Positions 19,974 to 29,420 of a stretch of 41,265 nucleotides of DNA are shown here, in pieces. The translations under genes were made by a program, and so were the position numbers. Below the pieces are notes generated by a model. The model had not been told where the DNA came from. It saw only the letters and a program-made list of their open reading frames with translations, and made no database searches. Within the stretch, counting starts at the first letter, position 1. Every line of letters starts with the position of its first letter. The DNA comes from Phycisphaerales bacterium (GTDB lineage Bacteria; Pseudomonadota; Gammaproteobacteria; Competibacterales; Competibacteraceae), in assembly GCA_014879435.1 (NCBI GenBank), contig JACSSB010000220.1, positions 1 to 41,265 of the forward strand, in the 5' to 3' direction.

Positions 19974-21107
19974 ATGGCTGAAGTGGTACTAAAAAACATC
20001 AAGAAGGCCTTCGGGGACGTCGCAGTGATCAAGGGCGTCGATCTCAACATCAAAGATCGGGAATTTGTGGTTTTCGTCGGCCCTTCCGGCTGCGGCAAAT
20101 CCACCTTGCTGCGTATGATCGCCGGTCTGGAGAGTATTAGCGACGGCGAGCTGAGTATCGACGGACAAAAGGTCAATGACCTGTCGCCCGCCGAACGCGG
20201 CATCGCCATGGTGTTTCAGACCTACGCGCTTTATCCGCACATGACGGTGCGTGACAACATGGGCTTTAGCCTCCGTCTGGCCAAGGTGCCCAAGGATGAA
20301 ATTGATCGCAAGGTCAACGAGGCCGCCCGCATCCTTAAACTCGACCCACTTTTGGATCGTAAGCCCAAGGCCTTATCCGGCGGTCAACGCCAACGGGTCG
20401 CCATCGGTCGCGCTATCGTCCGTAATCCCAAGGTGTTTCTGTTCGACGAGCCGCTGTCGAATCTCGACGCGGCGCTGCGCGTGCAGATGCGTATCGAAAT
20501 CGCCCGCATGCACAGCGATTTCAATGCCACCATGATCTACGTCACCCACGATCAGGTGGAAGCGATGACCATGGCCGACAAGATCGTGGTTCTGCAAGGC
20601 GGAGTGGTCGAACAGGTCGGTTCACCACTGGAGTTGTATCATCACCCCCGCAATCGCTTCGTCGCTGGATTCATCGGTTCGCCCACCATGAACTTCCTCG
20701 ATGTTCCAGTCACCGCCATCGCGCCACAGGGAGTGACCGTGGCGCTACCAGGCGGTAGTGCGCTGTTGGTCCCGGTCAAAGCGGGTGGCTGCCAAGTCGG
20801 CGACAAATTGACCCTTGGCATACGGCCCGAGCACCTGCTCGAAGGTGGCGGTGATGGCGGCCTAACTAGCGAAGCACTGATGGTTGAGCGTCTCGGTGGG
20901 TCGACCTACGCCTACGTCCGTCTCGATGATGGCACGATGCTTACCGCCGAAGTCGATGGCAACAGCCGGATCCGCACCAAGGATCGCATCCAACTAGGGA
21001 TACAAGGCGGAACCTGCCATCTGTTCGGTACTGACGGTCTGGCATTGGAACAAATCGAGCGCCATCCTCTGGCCGATATGAACCGAGATCATCCGGGAGC
21101 ACATTAA
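19974..21107 (+). CDS. smoK: Sugar/polyol ABC transporter ATP-binding protein
   Basis: GPSGCGKST, LSGGQRQR, FLFDEPLSNLD, C-terminal TOBE-like region; AAGGA RBS. Confidence 0.93.
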   Translation: MAEVVLKNIKKAFGDVAVIKGVDLNIKDREFVVFVGPSGCGKSTLLRMIAGLESISDGELSIDGQKVNDLSPAERGIAMVFQTYALYPHMTVRDNMGFSLRLAKVPKDEIDRKVNEAARILKLDPLLDRKPKALSGGQRQRVAIGRAIVRNPKVFLFDEPLSNLDAALRVQMRIEIARMHSDFNATMIYVTHDQVEAMTMADKIVVLQGGVVEQVGSPLELYHHPRNRFVAGFIGSPTMNFLDVPVTAIAPQGVTVALPGGSALLVPVKAGGCQVGDKLTLGIRPEHLLEGGGDGGLTSEALMVERLGGSTYAYVRLDDGTMLTAEVDGNSRIRTKDRIQLGIQGGTCHLFGTDGLALEQIERHPLADMNRDHPGAH

Positions 21108-21179
21108 GCACCCCTTTTCATAAAAGGATGAGCGAAACACCTCATACCGGAGGAACTCTTGTAAAAGAGGAAGAATGCG

Positions 21180-21908
21180 ATGGCTAAAGAATTAGCGGGT
21201 AAGGTGGCTGCCGTTACCGGAGCAGCTTCAGGCATCGGGCGGGCCTGTGCCGAAGCCATGCTGGAAGCAGGTGCACGGGTAGTGCTGGTCGATCACGATG
21301 CGGCCGCACTCGCCGTACTTCAGGAACAGCATGGCGATGCGGTGATCCCACTGCGGATTAATCTCCTCGATCCGCAGGATTGTGCGTCACTGCTACCACA
21401 GGTTCTGGAAAAAGCGGGCCAGATCGATATCCTGCACGCCAACGCTGGTACCTATGTTGGTGGCGATCTAGTCGATGCTGATCCAGATGCGATTGACCGG
21501 ATGTTGCATCTAAACATCAATGTCGTGATGAAAAATGTTCACGATGTCCTACCACACATGATCGAGCGCCGTACCGGCGATATTGTGGTCACCAGTTCGC
21601 TGGCGGCCCATTATCCCACGCCATGGGAACCCGTCTATGCCTCATCCAAATGGGCGATCAACTGCTTCGTCCAAGTGGTGCGCCGTCAGGTTTTCAAACA
21701 CGGCATCCGTGTAGGCTCGATCTCTCCCGGACCTGTCATCACCTCGCTGCTCGCCGACTGGCCAGCGGAGAAACTACAGGAGGCCAGGGAATCTGGCAGC
21801 CTGATCGAAGCCAGCGAGGTGGCCAATGTGCTCATGTTCATGTTGACGCGGCCGCGTGGCGTGACCATTCGCGATGTGGTGATGCTGCCTACCCATTTTG
21901 ATCTCTGA
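21180..21908 (+). CDS. rbtD: SDR oxidoreductase, ribitol 2-dehydrogenase-like
   Basis: TGAASGIG, HANAG, WEPVYASSK (YxxxK), RRQV, RPRGVTIRD. Confidence 0.85.
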   Translation: MAKELAGKVAAVTGAASGIGRACAEAMLEAGARVVLVDHDAAALAVLQEQHGDAVIPLRINLLDPQDCASLLPQVLEKAGQIDILHANAGTYVGGDLVDADPDAIDRMLHLNINVVMKNVHDVLPHMIERRTGDIVVTSSLAAHYPTPWEPVYASSKWAINCFVQVVRRQVFKHGIRVGSISPGPVITSLLADWPAEKLQEARESGSLIEASEVANVLMFMLTRPRGVTIRDVVMLPTHFDL

Positions 21909-21916
21909 CGAGCAAG

Positions 21917-21947
21917 GCATCATCCCCCAAAGCATGGGGGATGATGC
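21917..21947 (+). other. Intercistronic hairpin (mRNA stabiliser or attenuator)
   Basis: Perfect 13-bp stem GCATCATCCCCCA/TGGGGGATGATGC with 5-nt loop; no U-tract. Confidence 0.7.
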
Positions 21948-21983
21948 TAACGGAGGAGTCATTGGAACAGCCTGGAGAATGTT

Positions 21984-22670
21984 GTGGAAGTGGAAGTCGT
22001 AATCTTTGATTGTGATGGGGTACTGGTTGACAGTGAAATCCTCGCTCTGCATGTACTGGAGCGTGATCTGACTCCGCTGTTACCGGGTATCGATGTGGCC
22101 GCACTCATTGACAATACCGCTGGACTCAGCACCGGCGATATCTTAACAAGGGTGGAACAACGTACCGGACTCACCCTACCCCCAGGCACCCTGTCCACGA
22201 TGATCCAGGCTATCGACCGGGCGCTGGATGAAGAATTGCAACCGATTCCGGGAGCATTGGAAGCCATCACCCGCATATCTACCCGTAAAGCGGTCGCTTC
22301 CAATAGCTCCATGGAGAGCGTGCGACGCTCTCTGGCTCGGGCCGGTTTGACGGCGCATTTCGGCGAATGGGTATTTTCTGCCGACATGGTCGCCCATCCC
22401 AAACCAGCTCCCGATTTATACCTCTACGCTGCCCAACGCCTGGGAGTCGCACCTGCACACTGTCTGGTCGTAGAAGATAGTGTGTCCGGGACTACTGCGG
22501 CCCACTTGGCGGGCATGACCGTCATCGGTTTTGCTGGTGCCAGCCATGTGCCAGCAGATCAGCACGAGCAATTACGTCGCGCGGGTGCCACCTTGGTCAT
22601 CGATCAGATGAAAGATCTGCCTGCGCTGATCGACGGCTGGTCACGGGTAACCGACAAGGCAGAATGCTGA
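21984..22670 (+). CDS. HAD-family phosphatase (beta-PGM-like / hexitol phosphatase-like)
   Basis: IFDCDGVLVDSE, ASNS, KPAPD, VVEDS motifs. Confidence 0.9.
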   Translation: MEVEVVIFDCDGVLVDSEILALHVLERDLTPLLPGIDVAALIDNTAGLSTGDILTRVEQRTGLTLPPGTLSTMIQAIDRALDEELQPIPGALEAITRISTRKAVASNSSMESVRRSLARAGLTAHFGEWVFSADMVAHPKPAPDLYLYAAQRLGVAPAHCLVVEDSVSGTTAAHLAGMTVIGFAGASHVPADQHEQLRRAGATLVIDQMKDLPALIDGWSRVTDKAEC

Positions 22671-22768
22671 GTAGCTGGCGCATCAATTCGGTCTTCTTGG
22701 TCGACAGGTTTGCCCGGACTTGGGAAAACCTGCGGCTGTTGCATTAAGGAGTTCAACGGAGTTCTCTT

Positions 22769-24262
22769 ATGAGCAACCACACGAACCAACGTCTAAATTC
22801 AGAATCACTCCATCAATTACCTGCCGAGGTCACCATCCCCCGTTATGATCGGACGAAACTTGGCCAAGCCATCGTCCACATCGGCCTGGGTAATTTTCAC
22901 CGCGCTCATCAAGCCCTGTATCTCGATGATTTGTGCCAAACCCAAGGTGCTAGCCCTTGGGGAATATGCGGCGTGGGCTTACTCCCTCAGGATCGGGTCA
23001 TGGCCGAAGCGTTGCGCCCCCAAGATCTGCTTTATACCTTGGTAGAGCGCGATGAAGGGGTGGAAACGGTTCGCATCATCGGCACGCAACGTAACTATCT
23101 GCATGCCCCCAGTGAATCGGAGGCTGTACTGGCACGCATGGCGGACCCAGAAACCCGCATCGTGTCACTGACCGTAACTGAGGGCGGTTATTATCTGGAT
23201 CATGGCAACGGCGAACTCGAACAAAACCATCCCAATCTGCGCCATGATCTGGAACAACTGAATGAAGCACCGATCTCGGTTTTCGGTTATTTGGCCGAGG
23301 CGCTGAACCGGCGTAAGAAAGCGGGAATAGCGCCGTTCACAGTGCTGTCCTGTGATAACCTACAAAGCAATGGTGAGATTGCGCGACGGATGTTGACCAG
23401 CTTTGCCCGGTTGCGGGATGCCGAACTTGGTGCCTGGATCGAAGCCAACGTCACCTTCCCCAACTGCATGGTGGACCGCATCACCCCAGCCACTACCGAC
23501 CTGCATCGCCAACAGGTACAAGCGCTGCTCGGCGGCGTGGTGGATGCTTGGCCCGTGGTGGCCGAACCGTTCCGGCAATGGGTAGTCGAGGATCAGTTCT
23601 GCAATGGTCGTCCAGACTTGGCGGCGGTGGGCGTGCAGATGACCTCCGATGTTCATCCCTATGAATTGATGAAAATCCACCTGCTCAACGCCAGTCACCA
23701 GGCACTCTGCCATTACGGGATATTACTGGGTTATGTCACCGCCGATGAGGCCATGCAAGACAGCGACATCCGCGCCCTGCTCGGTCGTTACATGGATACG
23801 GTGCGCCCGCTGATCCAAGAGCCACCGGGTGTCAATCTGGTGGAATACCAACGCGCCCTCATCTCCCGTTTCGCCAATCCTTCGGTGAAGGATCAGTTGG
23901 CGCGTATTGCCTTCTACGCTTCTTCGGGTATCCCCAAATTCATGCTGCCGATTGCTCGCAAGCAACTGCAACAGGGTGGATCGATGGATGCATTCGCGAT
24001 GGTGATCGCCGCTTGGATTCGCTATCTGGGTGGAAAAGACGACGCCGGTCAACCCATCGTACCGACAGATCCGATGAAGGAACTTCTGCAGAGCAAAGTA
24101 CGCTTCGGTGATACCGATCCCACGCCATTTTTGGGATTGCGGCAAATCTTCGGTGCCGATCTCTCGCAATCCGAGACTTTCATAGCCGCAGTACGCAAGA
24201 AATTGGAAAGCCTCTATGCCAAAGGCACCCGCGCCACTCTGAAGGATTTTCTCGGAGCATAA
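22769..24262 (+). CDS. mtlK: Long-chain mannitol 2-dehydrogenase / D-arabitol dehydrogenase family protein
   Basis: HIGLGNFHRAHQ, TVTEGGY, SCDN, FPNCMVDRITP, EPFRQWVVED, LNASH. Confidence 0.88.
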   Translation: MSNHTNQRLNSESLHQLPAEVTIPRYDRTKLGQAIVHIGLGNFHRAHQALYLDDLCQTQGASPWGICGVGLLPQDRVMAEALRPQDLLYTLVERDEGVETVRIIGTQRNYLHAPSESEAVLARMADPETRIVSLTVTEGGYYLDHGNGELEQNHPNLRHDLEQLNEAPISVFGYLAEALNRRKKAGIAPFTVLSCDNLQSNGEIARRMLTSFARLRDAELGAWIEANVTFPNCMVDRITPATTDLHRQQVQALLGGVVDAWPVVAEPFRQWVVEDQFCNGRPDLAAVGVQMTSDVHPYELMKIHLLNASHQALCHYGILLGYVTADEAMQDSDIRALLGRYMDTVRPLIQEPPGVNLVEYQRALISRFANPSVKDQLARIAFYASSGIPKFMLPIARKQLQQGGSMDAFAMVIAAWIRYLGGKDDAGQPIVPTDPMKELLQSKVRFGDTDPTPFLGLRQIFGADLSQSETFIAAVRKKLESLYAKGTRATLKDFLGA

Positions 24263-24271
24263 GCATTCACC

Positions 24272-24362
24272 TCCCCTCTTTGCAAAAGGGGGGGCTGGGG
24301 GGATTTGGCACCACAACCCGACTTCAAATCCCCCCTATTCCCCCTTTGCTTAAAGAGGGGGA
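24272..24362. repeat. REP-like element: two inverted copies of a palindromic CCCCTTT..AAAGGGG unit
   Basis: TCCCCTCTTTGCAAAAGGGGGGGCTGGGGGGATTTG ... CAAATCCCCCCTATTCCCCCTTTGCTTAAAGAGGGGGA. Confidence 0.75.
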
Positions 24363-24479
24363 ACTGAAAGCTCTGGGCTTGAACGGCCTTGGGGCCGTAC
24401 TCCATGCATCCCTGGTACTCGCGCCGGACGATAGGCATCCAAGACCAGCGCGCTCATCAGCATCGAGAAGGGGAGAATC

Positions 24480-25943
24480 ATGTTTCTGGGATTCGATATC
24501 GGCACTTCGGGAGTCAAAGCCGTACTGTTGGACGCAGACGGCACGGTATGTTATCAGGCCACCGCCGACCATCCGGTTTCCAACCCACGACCTTTATGGT
24601 CCGAACAAGATCCAAACTCGTGGTGGGAAAGCTGTCGCACGGCGACGGCGGCGCTCAAGGCACAAGGCGCACCGTTGGATGCGGTGCAAGCGGTGGGCTT
24701 ATCCGGGCAAATGCACGGCGCCACCCTGCTTGATGCCCATGATGCAGTACTGCGGCCGTGCATCCTCTGGAATGATGGCCGCAGTTATGCCGAATGCATC
24801 GAATTGGAAGCCAGCCTACCCGATTTTCGCGAGCGCTGCGGCAACATGGCGATGCCGGGCTTTACCGCGCCCAAGCTGCTTTGGGTGCGCAAGCATGAAC
24901 CGGAGATTTTCGCGAAAATCGCCAAGGTATTGCTTCCCAAAGATTATCTTCAATACCGCCTGACCGGTTGCTTCGCCTCCGAGATGTCTGATGCTGCGGG
25001 CACTCTATGGCTGGACCCGGCGCGGCGCGACTGGGATGAGGCGCTACTGGCAGCTACCGGACTAAATCGCAGCCACATGCCCACACTGTATGAAGGATGC
25101 CAGATCGTCGGCGAACTGACTGCAACGGCAGCGGCGGAATTGGGCCTACCTCGGGTGCCCGTGGTCGCCGGCGCGGGTGACAATGCCGGTGGTGCGGTGG
25201 GCGTTGGGGTCATCGACCCCGGCCAGGGTTTCCTATCGCTGGGCACTTCGGGAGTGTTGTTCGTGGTGAGCGATGCCCATCATGCCTGCCCCGAACGTAC
25301 CGTACATGCCTTCTGCCATTGCTTGCCGAACCGCTGGCACCAGATGGCGGTCAGCCTGTCGGCGGCCAACTCGCTGGCTTGGTTGGCTCACACCGTCGGG
25401 CAGGAGGTGGCGGAGTTGTTGGCACGGCTGCAAGCGAGTGGCAAGACCGAAACTTCCGTGCTGTTCCTACCCTACCTATCTGGCGAGCGCACCCCCCACA
25501 ACGATCCTCGTGCAGTGGGACAATTCCATGGCTTGACCAATGCCACCAACCTGGATGACCTGACCCTGGCAGTGCTGGAAGGCGTGGCCTATTCGTTCTG
25601 CGACGGGTTGGACGCGCTGCGTGCTGCTGGCAGCGAGCCACAAGAATTAGCCCTGATCGGGGGTGGTGCACGCTCACCCCTTTGGCGGCAATTGCTGGCC
25701 GATGCGCTGAATCTGCCGCTGGTGTATCGCACTGGCGGGGACGTAGGACCAGCACTGGGCGCCGCGCGACTAGCCATGATCGGTGCCGCTGGCGGCGATG
25801 TGGAGGTAGCGATTCGCCAAGTGTGCAGCCAACCGCCCCGGCAGGACGATCATCCACCGCGTCCGGCCCACATCGAGTATCACCAATCCAAGCTGCAGCG
25901 CTACCGTGCACTGTATGCGCTGACCAAAACTCTGCACGAGTAA
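24480..25943 (+). CDS. xylB: Xylulokinase (FGGY family)
   Basis: GFDIGTSGVK, SGQMHG, ILWNDGR, GFTAPK, AGDNA, PYLSGERTP. Confidence 0.93.
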   Translation: MFLGFDIGTSGVKAVLLDADGTVCYQATADHPVSNPRPLWSEQDPNSWWESCRTATAALKAQGAPLDAVQAVGLSGQMHGATLLDAHDAVLRPCILWNDGRSYAECIELEASLPDFRERCGNMAMPGFTAPKLLWVRKHEPEIFAKIAKVLLPKDYLQYRLTGCFASEMSDAAGTLWLDPARRDWDEALLAATGLNRSHMPTLYEGCQIVGELTATAAAELGLPRVPVVAGAGDNAGGAVGVGVIDPGQGFLSLGTSGVLFVVSDAHHACPERTVHAFCHCLPNRWHQMAVSLSAANSLAWLAHTVGQEVAELLARLQASGKTETSVLFLPYLSGERTPHNDPRAVGQFHGLTNATNLDDLTLAVLEGVAYSFCDGLDALRAAGSEPQELALIGGGARSPLWRQLLADALNLPLVYRTGGDVGPALGAARLAMIGAAGGDVEVAIRQVCSQPPRQDDHPPRPAHIEYHQSKLQRYRALYALTKTLHE

Positions 25944-25954
25944 GGTCCGATACC

Positions 25955-28027
25955 ATGAACCAATCCGTCAATCTCGATCAACTGGCCGTCAACACCATTC
26001 GGACCCTGTCGATGGACGCGGTCCAAGCTGCCAACTCTGGGCATCCTGGCACTCCGATGGCTCTGGCCCCAGTCACCTTTTGCCTCTGGCAGCGGTTCCT
26101 GCGCTTCGACCCCGAAGATCCGATTTGGCCTAACCGCGACCGCTTCATCCTATCCATCGGCCACGCCTCGATGCTGCTGTATTCGATGCTGCATCTGACT
26201 GGCGTCAAGACGGTCAACTCCGCTTACGAGACGCTGGGCAATCCTGCGGTCACGCTAGAGGATATCCAGCATTTCCGTCAGCTCGACAGCAAATGTCCCG
26301 GCCATCCCGAATACCGCTGGACTTCCGGGGTCGAGGCCACCACCGGCCCGCTGGGTCAGGGTGTTGCCACCAGCGTCGGCATGGCCATCGCCGGACGCTG
26401 GCTAGCTCGTCATTTTAACCGCCCAGGCTTTGAGATATTCGACTATGACGTGTATGCCTTGGCGGGCGATGGCTGCATGATGGAGGGAATCACTGGGGAG
26501 GCGGCTTCTCTGGCTGGCCATCTCAAACTGTCCAACCTGTGCTGGCTGTACGATAACAACAAGATCACCATCGAAGGCCATACCGACTGGGCGTTCAGCG
26601 AAGATGTGGCCACCCGCTTCCTCGGCTACAACTGGAATGTATTACGGGTCGGCGATGCCAACGATCTGGAAATGCTTGAGCGCGCCCTGAAGACTTTCAA
26701 GAATACCCATGACCGGCCCACGCTGATTATCGTCGATAGCCATATCGCTTACGGTGCGCCAAATAAGCAGGACACTCACGAAGCCCACGGTAGTCCCTTG
26801 GGAGAAGAGGAAATCCGGCTGACCAAGCGCCACTATGGCTGGCCGGAAGATGCCAAGTTTCTGGTACCTGACGAAGTGCGGGAACACTTCCGTCAGGGGA
26901 TCGGCCGACGTGGCCACGTGCTACGCGATGCTTGGCTGGTCAAGTTTGAGGAATACCGAAACCAATACCCGGCATTGGCGGAACAGCTACAACACATGCA
27001 GAACCGCCAATTACCCAGCGGATGGGATCGGGATTTGCCGGAATTTCCTGCCAGCGACAAGGGATTGGCGGGACGCGTTGCCTCGGGCCAAGCCCTGAAT
27101 GCTATCGCTAAGAATATGCCTTGGCTGATCGGTGGTGCGGCAGATCTGGCGCCGTCCACCAATACCCGCCTCACCTTCGATGGCGCGGGAGATTTCACTG
27201 CCGAGGATAACAGCGGTCGCAATTTCCATTTTGGGATACGCGAACACGCTATGGGCGCCATTCTCAATGGTCTGTCTCTGTGCAAGGTCCGGCCTTATGG
27301 CTCCGGATTCTTGATCTTCAGCGACTACGCCCGACCAGCGATCCGCCTCAGCGCCTTGATGGAAATTCCGGTCATTCACATTTTTACCCACGATTCGATC
27401 GGTGTGGGTGAAGATGGCCCCACGCATCAACCCGTCGAACACTTGGCGTCTCTTCGCGCCATTCCGGGACTGATTGTCCTGCGCCCGGCCGACGCCAACG
27501 AAGTGATCGAGGCTTGGCGCGTCATCATGCAGCTTCGTCACGAAGCCGTCGCACTGATTCTGACACGGCAGAACGTGCCAACCCTGGATCGCCGCCGCTA
27601 TGCGCCTGCCTCCAACCTCGCCAAGGGTGGGTATATATTGGCCGATGCCGAAGATGGGAAACCGGAGGTGCTCCTGTTGGCCACTGGCAGCGAGGTTGCG
27701 CTCTGCGTGGAAGCCTACGAGCAACTCAAGGCCGAGGGGATCAAGGCCCGCGTTGTCAGTATGCCTTCATGGGAATTGTTTGATCGTCAGGACTTGGCTT
27801 ATCAAACCAGCGTCCTTCCTCCAAATGTATTGGCCCGAGTTTCAGTGGAACAAGCCTCAACCCTGGGCTGGCGACGCTATATCGGCTTAGGCGGATTGAC
27901 CATCGGTATGCATACCTTTGGCGCATCGGCACCATTGAAGGCGCTGCAAAACAAGTTTGGATTTACGCCTGAAAAGATCGCCGCCGCTGCCAGGGAGCAG
28001 GTGAAAAAAACGAAGGAAGCATCCTGA
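25955..28027 (+). CDS. tkt: Transketolase
   Basis: NSGHPG, TTGPLGQG, GDGCMMEG, FGIREH, THDSIGVGEDGPTHQP. Start reassigned to ATG 25955. Confidence 0.95.
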   Translation: MNQSVNLDQLAVNTIRTLSMDAVQAANSGHPGTPMALAPVTFCLWQRFLRFDPEDPIWPNRDRFILSIGHASMLLYSMLHLTGVKTVNSAYETLGNPAVTLEDIQHFRQLDSKCPGHPEYRWTSGVEATTGPLGQGVATSVGMAIAGRWLARHFNRPGFEIFDYDVYALAGDGCMMEGITGEAASLAGHLKLSNLCWLYDNNKITIEGHTDWAFSEDVATRFLGYNWNVLRVGDANDLEMLERALKTFKNTHDRPTLIIVDSHIAYGAPNKQDTHEAHGSPLGEEEIRLTKRHYGWPEDAKFLVPDEVREHFRQGIGRRGHVLRDAWLVKFEEYRNQYPALAEQLQHMQNRQLPSGWDRDLPEFPASDKGLAGRVASGQALNAIAKNMPWLIGGAADLAPSTNTRLTFDGAGDFTAEDNSGRNFHFGIREHAMGAILNGLSLCKVRPYGSGFLIFSDYARPAIRLSALMEIPVIHIFTHDSIGVGEDGPTHQPVEHLASLRAIPGLIVLRPADANEVIEAWRVIMQLRHEAVALILTRQNVPTLDRRRYAPASNLAKGGYILADAEDGKPEVLLLATGSEVALCVEAYEQLKAEGIKARVVSMPSWELFDRQDLAYQTSVLPPNVLARVSVEQASTLGWRRYIGLGGLTIGMHTFGASAPLKALQNKFGFTPEKIAAAAREQVKKTKEAS

Positions 28028-28037
28028 TAAACACCTA

Positions 28038-28066
28038 GGTAATCCTGCATTTTTTGCAGGATTACC
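28038..28066. terminator. Hairpin between convergent tkt and opgC-like genes
   Basis: Perfect 12-bp stem GGTAATCCTGCA/TGCAGGATTACC with a T5 loop. Confidence 0.75.
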
Positions 28067-28068
28067 GC

Positions 28069-29178
28069 TTATCCGCGCAACGGTCGTGTAGCAGAATTTT
28101 GCGTAAACGAACTACTGGAATGCTTCTCCAGCCAGAATGATACGTAGAAGATCAGGGCCAGATGCAGACTTAGAATCAGATAGCACCAAGAACCGGAAAG
28201 CGCATACAGTTCGATAAAACCGGCCGCTAGCAGACTAAAGCAAATATGCAGGCAAAATACCGGTAGCATGTGACGACCCAGTACCGCCAGCGGTTTCAAC
28301 CAACTTAGCATCCTGCAAAGTACAGGTGCCTGCCACAACGCCAGAATCAGCAGGGCAAAGAAATTGAGTAGCCGTAGCGGTCCAAGCTGCCACTTATCCA
28401 ACCACCATGCGTGGCTACCCAGATCCAGGGAAGCGAAAATCCACCGCCAGCCGAAGAAAAAGAGTGCGATCCCGATCAGAACCATCCAAAAAGGTTTGGA
28501 CAATTGGGTGAATCTCGACCGACCGGGGTGTCTTTGGAGATATTGTCCCAGCATCACACCAAGCACCCAGAGCAACTGCCAGGAAAATAGATTGAAAGCA
28601 CCTGGATCGACCACGAGCCAGCTTCCAGTGAGCACGTTTACCAGATATTCCTTCAAGCCAAATTGCGCAGCTAGCCATAGCAGTAGGCTAACCGTCAGAA
28701 CCACCGGCCACCCCACGCGGTCAGCCGCACGAATCGCCCACGGCGTCAGCGCCATGAACACCAAATACATCGGTAGGATATCCAGTAATGGTGGCTGATA
28801 AAGTAGGAATAGAGCCGAGAAAGCTGCTGGAGTCGGTTGCTGCAGGTAAGGATGAATCATGTTGTAAAATGGGGTCAGATGGCCAAGCCACTGCCCTACT
28901 ATCGCTAGGCAAAACAGGAGCGTTAGCAAGTGCGCTATGTAAATCTGCCGAAGGCGGCGACGTATCACCCGTTTTAGTTCAGCCAGACCACTGTTCTTGT
29001 ATTTATAGCTGAATACCAGACCACACAGGCAAGCAGAAACGAAGACAAAAGCCTCCGCTGCTGAGACGAACCCTAAGGGCTGCGTGGTCAGTGCCCTGAG
29101 TGGATTTGGAGTATGGTTGACCACCATTACCAACAGCAGCAATCCCCGGAAAATGTCGATTTCCAGTAGGCGTTTCAT
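28069..29178 (-). CDS. opgC: OpgC-family membrane acyltransferase (periplasmic glucan succinylation-like)
   Basis: IDIFRG, SAAEAFVFVS, LDILPMY, FNLFSWQ, LDKWQLGPLR; multi-TM. Confidence 0.82.
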   Translation of the reverse strand: MKRLLEIDIFRGLLLLVMVVNHTPNPLRALTTQPLGFVSAAEAFVFVSACLCGLVFSYKYKNSGLAELKRVIRRRLRQIYIAHLLTLLFCLAIVGQWLGHLTPFYNMIHPYLQQPTPAAFSALFLLYQPPLLDILPMYLVFMALTPWAIRAADRVGWPVVLTVSLLLWLAAQFGLKEYLVNVLTGSWLVVDPGAFNLFSWQLLWVLGVMLGQYLQRHPGRSRFTQLSKPFWMVLIGIALFFFGWRWIFASLDLGSHAWWLDKWQLGPLRLLNFFALLILALWQAPVLCRMLSWLKPLAVLGRHMLPVFCLHICFSLLAAGFIELYALSGSWCYLILSLHLALIFYVSFWLEKHSSSSFTQNSATRPLRG

Positions 29179-29365
29179 AGGTGGTCCTGGATAGATGGGT
29201 GGATAATCCTAAATTCTAAGGCGGCCGTCTCGAATTGAATGATAGTGGTATAGTCAATGAATGATGACTGAATGAAATATGGCTCTTTATCTAGTCAAAT
29301 GCTTCACTTTCACATCATGATTATGGTGGTGAATGCGGTCTTATTCGTGACGCTGGAAAGAATCG

Positions 29366-29413
29366 ATGATCGACCTCTTTTCGTATATTCGTAATAGGAG
29401 AGAGGTCGATCAT
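29366..29413 (-). terminator. Hairpin downstream of the GntP gene
   Basis: ATGATCGACCTCT / AGAGGTCGATCAT 13-bp inverted repeat right after the stop. Confidence 0.65.
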
Positions 29414-29420
29414 GATTTCG

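Noticed and set aside
24280-24963. 227-aa ORF starting in the G-rich element
   Set aside because: Out-of-frame overlap with xylB; the N-terminus is a translation of the repeat.
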